Shown: positions 39,616-50,775 of the stretch, piece after piece
How the letters are laid out: each line of letters opens with the position of its first letter
How positions within the stretch are numbered: the first letter of the stretch is position 1
Source of the DNA: the human T2T-CHM13v2.0 reference genome, Homo sapiens
NCBI RefSeq assembly: GCF_009914755.1
Contig: NC_060929.1
Length of the DNA: 64,000 nt
Strand: one strand, 5' to 3'
Notes under the pieces: model-generated
The model's input: the letters and a program-made list of their open reading frames with translations, nothing else
Databases searched by the model: none
What the model was told of the DNA's origin: nothing
Position numbers and translations under genes: made by a program

Positions 39616-40968
39616 GTTTGCAGGTTGTGCAGTTTGTTATTCACAAATACACATTTATTTTCTGTTGAACCGTGGTTAGTAGAAGCTAATTGGCAGTGCA
39701 TAAAAACATGCAGAAGAGAACACACACCTGCCTGAATTCACAATATTCAGAAACTGACTGAGGAAGATGCACGGGTCTGTTATGTGCAGTGGGGCTGCCG
39801 TCCAAACAATGTTCTGTGTTCGGAGGCGGCACACAGATGCAATTACGGATTCCACAGACAAGTTGTAACTGACAGTGGTGACCACTATGTCCTCGTGACT
39901 TTATTTTTGCTACCCCTCCTGGCTAGGTGACAGAGATGGGAGCCGAGTGGGTGTTTTCAAAGATTCGCTTTGGAGCTGAGTGGAGAAGGGTGCTCTCCTG
40001 GCTCCCGCATGTCTGAGAAAAGCCTGAGGGCCGCTGGGGGAGGGCGTGCCTCTAACTCGTGGGCACCAACCCTGGAAGTGTGGAGGGAGAGTGGGGGCGT
40101 GGGGCCTCTCCCTCCAGGATCCCAGGGTGCTCCAGGCCAGGACGGGCAGGGTGCCACAGCAGCCTCGATCTCATTCACGAAACCCACAGGCGTGGCCTAG
40201 GGTTTGGGATGCACGCCACGATTTTCTCTCTCAGAGTGAAGGGACCACTTCTGTGAATGAGCTCACCTCCAGGGGCCAAGATGGGAGCCATGAGCCCCGC
40301 CGCTCCGGCCACTCCAGCCAGGTCTGGGAAGGGCTGTGGTGAGTCGGTGCTGGCCGTGTGGGCGAGGTGACCCGTCGGTGACAGGGCCTGCTCCCTGCGA
40401 GGTCGGGTGGTGCCCGGGCCGGGCGGAGGCTCTTCTCGTGCTCAGGGCCGGTTTCTGGTGTGCTCCCGATGCGCTTGGCTCTTTTCTCGAGGCCGTGCTT
40501 GTCTGAGGCCAACCAGGGACCAGGAGGCAGCGTCCTGGTGCCCAGCACCTCTCCTCGGTGTCCCTCGTCCCCACAGACCGGATCAGGGCCTGGCGAGCCT
40601 CTGTGCCTGCCGTGCGGTGTGAGGACCCGCGGACCCCAACCCGCCTTTCCCTCCGTCCTGACCCGGCGCCAGGCTCAGCTCCAGGGCGAGGTCCTCTGGA
40701 GTCATGTTCGTTCTGCGTGGCTTGGCCGTGACTGTGGGGACTGGGCTGCCCACGGACAGAAAGGAGAAACGCAGCCTGTGACCAGGAGACGCAGCCCAGG
40801 GTGGAGCCGCGCTGGGGCCAGGGAGGCCGAGGAGGGCAGGAGTCCGAGGGTGTAAGGGTGCCAGGGCCTTCCGGGTCTCAGGCTTCGGGACCTGGGGAGC
40901 CACCCTGTTTGGTGACCACTCGTCCTCGGCCTTTTCAACACAAGGGCTTTGGAGTTGTGATGGGCTGT

Positions 40969-41387
40969 TATCGGGTGATTCCGGTGGCCACTCGTCTGTG
41001 ATCGGGTGATTCCGATGACTGCTCGTCTGTGATCGGGCGATTCTGGTGACCGCTCGTCTGTGATCGGGTGAGTCCGATGACTGCTCGTCTGTGATCGGGT
41101 GATTCCGATGACTGCTCGTCTGTGATCGGGCGAGTCTGGTGACCGCTCGTCTGTGATCGGGTGAGTCCGATGACTGCTCGTCTGTGATCGGGTGATTCCG
41201 ATGACTGCTTGTCTGTGATTGGGCGATTCCGGTGGCCGCTCGTCTGTGATCGGGCGATTCCGGTGGCCGCTCGTCTGTGATCGGGCGATTCCGGTGACCG
41301 CTCGTCTGTGATCGGGTGAGTCCGATGACTGCTCGTCTGTGACCGGGCGATTCCGGTGACCGCTCGTCTGTGATCGGGTGATTCCGA
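40969..41387. repeat. 31-bp CpG-rich VNTR, ~13.5 copies, in TPPP 3'UTR
   Basis: Unit gatcgggtgattccgatgactgctcgtctgt; atcggg at 41001 and 41032. Confidence 0.95.
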
Positions 41388-43261
41388 ACCGCACATTCAG
41401 AGTTGTTTTCAAATGTTTCCGCACGTTAGTTCTGCCTTTCACACGCGGTCCAGCCAGGTTCAGCGGGGGCACAGGGCTGGGCTTGGGCACCCCCCGCCTT
41501 CCCCAGGCCGGTGAGGTGACATCCTAAAGGAGCCACGAAGCCTGAGGTCCATTTTTCCTTGCTCTTTATTTCCAGGCACTGAACTTCCCAGCCCTGCCGT
41601 GGAAGCTGCCTGCCAGGTCCTCCCCATCCTCAGGTGGAGGCTTCTCTGTTGAGGGGCCTCGGAGACCGCCCCCCAGCCCTCAGCGGACCATGCTGGCTGG
41701 GAGCTCCGCCCTGGGGCTTCTGCTCTGCTCAGGTAGGGGGAGTCCTTCCACGGAGCTGTGGCCGCAGCAGGTGCACTCTTGGGAGTCGGGGAGGCGGGTG
41801 GTGCTCATGCGTGCCAGTGAGGGAGGGGCCTCGCCACCCTCCTGTACTGTGAGCCTGGCCCTGGGCAGCCCTCTGCCCTGGCCAGAGCCTGACCGTAGCC
41901 ACGGGCTAACAGGCTCTGGAAAAGTTTCCCCAGGACTGCCGCAGGCTCATCCGCAGGTAGACTCCAGAACCACGGCCCAGCAGGTCACACGTGTGGCTGT
42001 GGCTGTGTGCGTGCCAAGGGACAGTGGCAGTGTGCCATTGTGACAGCGGGTGGCCACACCCGTCAGCCTCCCCAGGAGGGAGCAGGAGCGCCGGCTTCTC
42101 CCCAGGTGCAGACAGGCAAGGGCGGGCCGCCTGGGTGTGTCCTGGCAGTGTGGAGTGTCCTGGATGGGCTCTGCTCAGCCCCCTGCTGGCAGAGAAACCC
42201 CCACAGACACTGCAGGACTGGGGGTCCTCCCTAGTGTCCTGCTCTCCGGCGGGGGGGATTGGCCAGGAGAGGTTAGGCTGAGCCATTTTGGGAGAGTTGA
42301 AGAAGGTGCTTGGGCTGTGGCAATGGGAGGTCTGCGAGCAAACAGGGTGCAGCTAGTGAGGACGGGCGAACGGGAGGGCCGGGCAGAGGCTCTGTCACGC
42401 GGTGAGGCGAGGAGTGTCTCGGCACTTCGTGTCTCTTGCCTGGCAACACCACAGGGACCGGACATTCTGAATCTTCCCAGACCCGCTCTGAGAACATAGG
42501 CAGCCACCGCATCTTCTCAGGAAAGCAAAGCGAGCCTACTCTACCCTCACAGTCCAAGCCACTGTGGTCAGCCGGGAAGCCGCCCACTGCCCCTGACGGC
42601 TTTCGTTTTACCTAGGTTGCCCTTGGCACAGAGCTGGCCTGTAGGCATGTGTGCACAGGTGTGTCCATGTGACCGGCTTCCCCACACATGTGCCAGGCGC
42701 CCAGCACCCCCGCCAGGTGGCCTCACTCTGCCCTCTGCCCAGGAAAGCAGGAAGGCCCCGTGGTGTCCGCTGCACACAGGACAGGCCTCGGGCCCCACAG
42801 ACACCTCCCACGTCCGGTGTGGGGCCAATTCCGTGTTAGTTGCCTGCTGGTTGGGGTTAGCTCCTGCCACCCTCAGGGCTCCTGGAAGGTGTCTGCCGCT
42901 CAGGAGGTCAGCACAGCCTCCTGTTGCCATGACAGCCAGCTGCTTTAAAACGCCCCTTTGACCTGCAAACCACGTGCCCAGTGTGGTGTGATCCGCGAGA
43001 CACTTTGGAAATGGCTGAGGACGAGGCAGGTGTATTAGGAGGGTCAGCGAACTGGGGCCCAAACCTGGTTTGAGAGGGGAGTGCTGGGGGCATCCGGTAG
43101 GAGGAGGGGCAGGAGGGAGGCCTGGGCCTGGCCGCCCCCCAGCCCCCTCTGGGGCACCCGTCTGAGTTCTGCCCCAGTTAGTACAGGAATGTAATGAAGT
43201 GCGAGGTGACAGAGTCCCTGCTCTGGGGACACCGGCAGTGCCGCGAGGCATGGAGCGGGGG

Positions 43262-43456
43262 CTACTTGCCCCCTTGCACCTTCTGGTCGTAGGTGCCTGC
43301 GTGCTTGTAGCCGGACACATAGCCCGACTCGTCCACCAGATCCACGCGGCCAGCCTTGCCCTTGCCCTTGCCAGAGGGGTCGAAGCGCTCCTTGTGGGAG
43401 CCCGTGAACTTGGTGGTGTCCGTGAGCCTCGACACTGTGGGCGACGAGATGGCTTT
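43262..43456 (-). CDS. TPPP: TPPP last coding exon, [64 protein letters not shown]
   Basis: Acceptor cttgcag|; p25-alpha C-terminal GxGxGxxGR motif; stop TAG; 195 nt. Confidence 0.97.
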
Positions 43457-43739
43457 CTGCAAGAGGAGCAGGAGGAAGGGGGCAGGTGAGTTGCGAGCCA
43501 GGTGAGGCCAGCAAGTGAAATGGCTGTGCCCTGGGCAGGTCTCCCAGCGGTGGGGCACTGGGCAAGGGGCATAAACCCTGGGATTTATGCCCCTTTTAAT
43601 TCTTATTTTTACCTCTCCTGACCCTGGGGCAGCCTTGGGCCTGCGGGGTGCCACAACCCTAACAATTGCCCAGGTCCACCTGGTGTTTATGTAGTTGGGG
43701 ACCCCACCACCTGCACCCTCAGAGGGAAGGGGCTGTCAG

Positions 43740-44080
43740 AACAGCCAGGCCCCACCCTCCAGGCTATGCCCCCCCAGGCCACGCCGACCTGGCCATGCCT
43801 CCCAGGACCCACCCACCCCCTCCCAGGCCAACTCCCAGTCCATGCCCTTCCTGACCACGCCTCCCCAGGCCTCACCCTCCAGGCTATGCCCCATTCATGC
43901 CCCTTCTGACCACACCTCCTCAGACCCCACACCAGGCCACGCCCTCCTGACCACGCCTCCCAGGACCCCCCCAGGTCACGCCCCCAATCCATGTCCCTCC
44001 TGACCACCCCTCCCCCAGGCACCACCCACCTTCCAGGCCCCGCCCCCACCCCCTCCAGGCCCCGCCTTCCATCCCCGCCC
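43740..44080. repeat. Degenerate C-rich (G-rich in TPPP sense) repeat in TPPP intron 3
   Basis: Recurrent ccctccaggctatgcccc and cctgaccacgcctcccagg motifs. Confidence 0.7.
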
Positions 44081-44087
44081 TGCTCAC

Positions 44088-44241
44088 CGTCACCCCTGAG
44101 ATGATGGGCGCCTTGCCCTCGATGAGCCTGTGCACCTCGCGAACGGCCTCCTCGCTGCTCTTGTCTTTGAATCGCTTCTTGGCGAGCTCCTCCAGCGCCT
44201 CCTGGAACTGCTCAAAGGTGATGGTCCGGCAAGACTTCCCT
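44088..44241 (-). CDS. TPPP: TPPP middle coding exon, (K)[51 protein letters not shown]
   Basis: Acceptor cccctgtag|, donor ACG|gtgagc; 154 nt; phases match neighbouring exons. Confidence 0.97.
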
Positions 44242-45199
44242 CTACAGGGGCACAGGCGACTTAGGGCTGGGCGCGGGCCGGCCCAGGGCTGCCCTCCCCA
44301 CGCGTGGGTCTGAGCAGAGCTGGACGGCCATGGCCCAGCAGCCCACAGGCTTCACCCACAGGCGGCCGCCCTGGTAGCACTGCAAATCCAAACTGTCTTG
44401 GAAGAAAGCTTGGCGGAAGCAGGTCCTCTATAAAGCTGGATGCTCACACGGCCCTGCAGGCCGCTCTGACACAGGGTGTGTGCGGGTCTGCACTCTGCTG
44501 GGGCAGTGCCGGAGGCCATTAGGCAGCGGAGCCCACCTCCTCCTCCCGGGGCCACCACAGCCCCGCCCAGCTGCGCCGGGAGCTGGGGGTCCTAGGACCT
44601 GCTGGGGCCCCGGCTCTGCCTGTGTGTGTTGGGGTCCTAGGTGGAGGTGTCCCCCACACAGGAACATGGTTAGGAGGGGCTGCCGCCCCCGGACACTTGG
44701 CAGCATGGGCGCAGGCCCACGCCTCAGATGCCCTGGCTCCAAAACCCGCCAGGCGGCCCCGCTGTGCCCTTGCACTGCTCTGGCCTCAGAGGTGCAGAGC
44801 CCAGTGGGCCGGAGGTGCCATGAGAAGCTTCTGGTCACACAACACGCCACATCTAAACACAGTCCACGCCTTACAACATCCTCCCACCACAGGCCATTCA
44901 GGCAATTTTAGAGGGTTCTAAACTGACTCTTGGTTTTTATATAATAATTCTAATTAGAAAACATTTTTCTCCTCTGACCAGATCTACCACAACTAACCCA
45001 AAGTGGGGTTTTTCAGTGTTTAAAACAAGAGATCCTGTGGATGAGGCTCAGCTCTGCAAAAGGCACCTGCATTTCACCAGGGAAGCCTCTGGACAGCGCG
45101 AGAAAGGCTGCACCCAGCAGGCCAAGCATTCCGAGGGCACTCCCAGCTGCAGAATCCACAGTGACCAAGAGTCAGGGGACAAATGACCCATAAAACCCC

Positions 45200-46580
45200 A
45201 GCAAGCCTTTCCAGAAGTCAGTGAGCAGAGGGCCTAGAATAGCCAAAACGATTTCAAGAAATGAGAACAGAGTCAGAAGACTGACTACCCAACTCCAAAG
45301 CTCATCGAGGCTTGACTGCAAAGTGGCAGCGACGTGGGCACGGGCACGCGGCCAGCCCCGCAGCCCAGGGGGAGTCTGGCTCAGCCACATGCATGCTGCC
45401 CCCCCGATGTCTACAGGTGCAGAGGCAAGCCAGAGAGAAAGGACTGTTTCTTCCACAAGTGGAGCTGGAGCAACTGGTGATCCCTGTGCAAATTAAAATG
45501 CACTTTGGTCTATACTGCACACTATATACAAAACTAACTCAAAATAGATGACGGTCCTAATTATGAAACTAAAACTTCTAGAAGAACACCAAAGAGAAGA
45601 TCTCTGTGACCTGGGGTTAGGCGAAGATTTCTTAGAAATGGCAACAAAACATGGCCTATAGTGGAAAAAATGGATGAACTAGACTTCATCAAAACGTTCG
45701 AAACTCTGCTCTCAGAAGACACCGTTAAGGGAATGAGAAGACAAGCCACAGACTAGGAGACATGCCTGAGAAAGGACTTGTCTCTGAGATACACAAAGGA
45801 ACCTTAAAACTCAGCAGTAAGAAAAAAAATCCATGTGAAAAGACGGGCAGAATATTTGAAGCAGACACCACCAGAGAAGACACGTGCATGCAGACAAGCA
45901 CACGGAGAGGGGTCCGCGTGGGCCCCATCAGGGAAGTACAGACAAGCACACGGAGAGGGGTCCGCGTGGGCCCCATCAGGGAAGTACAGACAAGCACACG
46001 GAGAGGGGTCCGCGTGGGCCCCGTCAGGGAAGTACCGACAAGCACACGGAGAGGGGTCCGCGTGGGCGCCGTCAGGGAAGTACCGACAAGCACACAGAGA
46101 GGGGGCCGTGTGGGCGCCGTCAGGGAAGTGCGGACAAGCACACTGGAGAGGGGTCCGCGTGGGCCTCGTCAGGGAAGTGCCGACAAGCACACAGAGAGGG
46201 GGCCGCGTGGGCGCCGTCAGGGAAGTGCGGACAAGCACACGGAGAGGGGGCCGCGTGGGCGCCGTCAGGGAAGTGCAGATGGAAACCACAGCGAGGCCCC
46301 TGCACACTCTCCAGGGGGCTCAGACAATCAAATAAACTGCCGGCACCTCGAGCTGAGCAGGCCGCGGGGTGGGGGCCTCGTCCACACCCGGCCGAGCAAC
46401 GCGGCAGAGCCACTGTGGACAGCTTCTCATCACAGCCAAAGGTGGCCCAGCAGTCCTGTTCCTGGGTCCTTGCTCAAGAGAAATGAAAACAGAGGCTCAC
46501 ACATAAACGCAAATGTTTACCACTGTTCTGCTCGTAGTCACCAAACCCCAAACAATCCAGTGCCCTTCAGCAGCGGCCAG
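45200..46580 (+). mobile_element. Old L1 ORF2 3' remnant (sense on +), GC-enriched, with internal VNTR
   Basis: cctagaatagccaaaacgat, acactatatacaaaactaactcaaaatagat, aaaacttctagaagaa, gacttcatcaaa and gagaagacaagccacagactaggaga are L1 ORF2 C-terminal motifs. Confidence 0.75.
45890..46280. repeat. 48-bp VNTR, ~8 copies
   Basis: Unit gacaagcacacggagaggggtccgcgtgggccccatcagggaagtaca; cggagagggg at 45903 and 45951. Confidence 0.93.
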
Positions 46581-49500
46581 ACCACAGTGCTGTGATGTGT
46601 GCGCACGTGGACAGCACCCCCACCCCTCGAGAACAAGCCCAGGATACGCACCCAACGCGGTGGGTGCCAAGTGGCCAGGCTTGGAGCCAGGCACGGAGGT
46701 GCCGCTGGGTGATTCCCAGACCCCAAGGCGGATGCTGTGTTTAAACAGCACCTGAGGGTTCCCATACACTTTACACGCGTGTCCTAAAGACACAACAGAC
46801 ACCATCAACAGCGCTGAGCCAAAGAAGAAATCGCGCTGAGAAACACACCAAGTGCTCGGGGTCCCACAGCTCAGACCCTCACGCCTCATGGGGTCCCAGG
46901 GAGGGGAGCGGAGGCCTCGCTGTGTCCGGAGGGGGCTTTGGGGAGACAGAGCCCCAGGGCGGGGCCTGGACTGCTGAGGGCAGCCACGCAGGGCACATTC
47001 CAGACCCGCCGGCCATAGGGCGCTGTTGTCCAGCAGCATCCCCCAGGGGGCGCTGGTGAGCCCGGTGAGCCGGAGGTGCCCTGGGCAGCTCTGTGGCGTG
47101 GGGGTCCGCGGTGTTGGGGGTGGATTTAGCCCCTTGACGCGCTCGGCGTGGACACCCGCACGTTCCCTGTGGTGCTAGAAGAGCCAGGCCACCCCAGGCA
47201 GCCCACAGTGCCTGGAACTGACAGTGCCCATTGGGCCCTGTGGGGGTGTTGACTCTCTGGGGCCCTTGGGGCCTCTGTCTGTCCTGGGCCGTCAAAGGCT
47301 CTCCTGTCTTCTATTCCCACCCTGCCCAAGCTGACATGCGGACGCCAGGCCTGACTGCCAGCCTGGTGACCAGTGCTGAGGCACGCAGCCCTTTCTGACG
47401 GCCTCGGAGCCAGGCACCACCAGCATGAGTCACTCGGCGGGAGGGGGATGGCTGAGGGGCTCCCCCATCAGAGGCGACATTCAGATCCGGACACCTGCTC
47501 TGCGCGTTCCCCGAGTGTCTTGGGGAAAGGGCGCCCGGGTCTCTGCCCCACACGGGCGGGGAGCTCTCCCCAGGAGACCCGGGTGCCCCCCGCCTGGGGC
47601 AGTCCTCAGGAGTTCTAGGACAGCGGTGCCTGCCTCTTCCCCAGAGACACTCAGTCTGGCTGCCCGGCTCTCCTGACATAGAGTGGGCCTGTCCTCCAGA
47701 GACCAGGGTGCTGGAGGAGCCTCCGAGTGTGGAGCTCGGCATCCTCATTGCCCATGCTCTCCCCAGCCCGGCGCCCTGCCCCAAAGCCGGCCCAGCAGGA
47801 CGCAGCCGCTGCTCATACACGATGCCCTGCGGGGCCTGGACTTGCTTCCCAGGCTCTGAGTCCCCTGGCCTCTGGGCCTGGTTCAGTCTCTCAGGGACAC
47901 TGGGACCCGGCCTGGGGCCTCCAGGAGCTGGGCTCAGGCCAGGACAGCCCTCCGAGGACTGAGGCCTGTTCCTCCGGGGCGGACGTCACAGGCCCCGCTG
48001 GGCTCGGGACTGTGCATCCAGCACCCTTGTGAATCAGGAATGCCCTCCCATGGTGCCCTCTCTGAGGGGCGGGGGCCGGCGGGCGAGGTGACAGCTACCA
48101 GCTCCCCTGGGCTCTCTGGGCCTGCAGCTGCTGTGGCTGGAGTGCCCTGTCCAGAGGCTGCCACAGGTGGGAAGCTGGGGGCTGTGGAGGGGAATCTCTG
48201 GGGAAACAGCCTCTCCCTGTACTTAGGCGAGTCTGAGAGAGAGGGGCTGCGGCTCCCCCAGGGCACCAACCTCTGGGATCTTCCATTAGCCCCTGAGACC
48301 TGAGGAGGCTGGGAAGGACTCCCTGGCTGCTGGGCCCCGCGGGGGGAGGGGGAGCTTCTGGGGAGGTTCCTACCTGGTAGGGACGCGGCCTTAGGGGAGC
48401 CCTGTCTGGCATCGCCATCCTGCACGTCGCTCCGAGTTCTCACTGCTCCAGGAGGGTCCAGTGGTCCCGTTCCAGCAGGACCCAGCCTTGGGGTTCCCCA
48501 TGCCTGTTGGCCGCCCCTGCCTCCCGCAAGCCCCAGCAAGATACAGAGGACCTAGAGCAACGTTTCCCGGGGCCGACAGAGGTCGGTGGCAAGCCCTCCA
48601 GGCCCTGCCTATTCTCCCCTCATAAGTGACTCCACCAGCAGCTGAGCACCTGGGGGCAGGTGAGGTGATGTCTGGCCACCTGAGAGGGCTTCTCCCCTCA
48701 TCTCAGGAAACCGGAGCCCTTCCTGCACCCTACTTGGCTCAGAGGATGGATGGCAACGTCCACTGGGCCACGGCAGCTCAGGCCCCAGGGCGGGCTGAGG
48801 GCCAGGGCCCTCCCATTGCTGCACCAGCTCTAACCCCAGGCACACCCACCATGAAGCCCCCACACAGCCGGTCGGGGGGCTGCCTGAGCTCCGGAGGTCT
48901 GGCTACCGAAGGCTCCCCCCTGCCTGAGGGGCCGCCTGGGATCAGCGCACTGTCTCCCTCTGGGCGCACACCCTGCGCTTGCTGCTAATTAATTTTGCGT
49001 TGCCGCCGGCCTTTTCGTTTTCCTGGGGAGGGGCGGGGGTGGGGCGTGTGTAGTCACCGCCCTGTGGACATCACTAGGAAGAGGTGGCCCTTGGTGGGAC
49101 GTGGACTTGGGGCCCAGAGGGACCCCGGGCAGATCTGAGGGGCCCGACCTTCTCTAGGGGGCCCCAGGGGCTCGGCTGCCTCCATCCACCCCAGTCTCGG
49201 CCTGGGCAGGGCTTTGGTCTGTGCACCTGAAGTCAGTTTCTGGCTGTTTGTTTGGAGATCACCTTCTCAAATGACCTGTGTTGCCTGGTCAGGCTCATGG
49301 GGCAAAGTGGACAGCCAAGGCCACGCCCACCACTGGCCAAGCGCAGGAGACGGGTGCCTGTCGCCGCACAGTGCTCTGGGGATTGCTGGTGCTGCCCGGC
49401 CTGCAGGGTACAGGAGCCACAGGCCTTGACTGTGAGGCCACAAGCTCCTGAACCCTCAGCCACAGACGTCCATGGCCAAGGGTCCCCCCGCAGGGGCTCC

Positions 49501-50644
49501 ACTCTGCGGAAGCCACGTTCATCCTGCCCTGCCAGGCGTGGCCACTAGAGGCTCCCCAAAGACAGAACTGGCCCCAGGGCTCCAGAGCCGCCGAGTGCAA
49601 GCCCGGGACAGGGTGGCACCCACAGCAATGGAGGGGCAGGGTTGGGTGTGGGGAGTGCAGCCCACCCTTCCCCGGGGCTGGGTACCACGGGGGAGGGGGA
49701 GGGGAGCAATGCAGCCCTGAGGCTCCTGGCCCCTTCCAGGGAAGCTGACACCTGCTTTTCTGGGATGGACAGACAGGAGGACGTCACACACAGTGCTCTG
49801 AGGACCTCACTTGCCCTGTGGCGGCTGCCCTCCAAACACACTGTGACCTGGATTCTCTCCAAACCTGGGTCCTGCTCCTGGGAGGTGGTTGGGTTGGCTT
49901 CCGTACTGGGAACAGTCCGAAGACTTTAGGACAAAGTGTCCTACCGGCCCTCCACACTTGGGGTGACCACAGACCCCAGTGCCGGCTGGCCGGGGGGGTG
50001 TACCAGGCTCAGCAGCCCTCCACGCTCGGGGCAACCGCAGACCCCAGGGAGCCTGGCCCTGCTGTTCTCAGTCCCCCACTGGCCCTGGCTTCCTTCTAAC
50101 CAGCGTCCAGGTATCAGTCTAACCCCCAAGCCAAGCCACCACCCAGTATCCACCCAGGTGTCTATAGGAAACGTCAGTGCATTTACTTGGGAAAATACAC
50201 CACACCCAGCACACAAGCGTGGGTCCTGGGGGAGGCCAGGGCTCCCAGCCAGCTGAGACCGCAGCCCAGCCCTCCTTCCTCTGCCTCATCGGCTGGGTGC
50301 CCCCACCTGAGCTAGATGGACCCATAGGGGGCCAGTGAGCAAGGCTGGCGGACCCTCGCCCAGAGGCTGGTGGTGTTTGGTGCAGTTGGGGAGGCAGCAG
50401 CTGAGCCTGACCCCAGGGGTCCTGAGGCACCCATGGCATGGGCCCCTCCCCAGGCTCGAGGAGGCGCTGGGAGATTCGCTGTCCATGGCTCTACCGGGCC
50501 CCACTCCCACCGCCCGTGGTCCGGTCCCGCCTGTGCACGCTATGCCTCCATTAATATTTTAAAGCTGCCACCGCACGCTCTTTGCAGGAGGGAGTCATTG
50601 TCTGGGTTAACAGTAGGCTTCAACAAAAACCTGGCGTAAGGCTG

Positions 50645-50775
50645 CAAGAAATTTGTTTAAGATTTAACACATAGTAACATCAAAACAAACAAGCGCTGCC
50701 ATGGCAACGAGGACTAAACAAAGGCTCGCAGATACCCCGAGCTGGCGCCACGCCGGTGGAGCCATGGCAACCTGC
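50645..50775. promoter_or_regulatory. Candidate enhancer with two RFX X-box-like and two FOXJ1-type TAAACAAA sites
   Basis: gctgccatggcaac 50695-50708, ggagccatggcaac 50758-50771, tttgttta 50652-50659, taaacaaa 50715-50722. Confidence 0.5.

Larger units (their letters stand above)
37950..43261 (-). other. TPPP: TPPP 3'UTR (~5.3 kb, part of last exon)
   Basis: Region between the stop codon and the distal AATAAA; free of Alu/L1, with AU-rich blocks; other AATAAA candidates at 39654, 39900 and 41565. Confidence 0.7.

Noticed and set aside
40969-41387. CRISPR-like appearance (31-bp palindromic repeats)
   Set aside because: Units are head-to-tail with no unique spacers, the DNA is human and there are no cas genes.
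43457-43654. Upstream extension of the TPPP last-exon ORF
   Set aside because: Intron 3 sequence upstream of the canonical acceptor.
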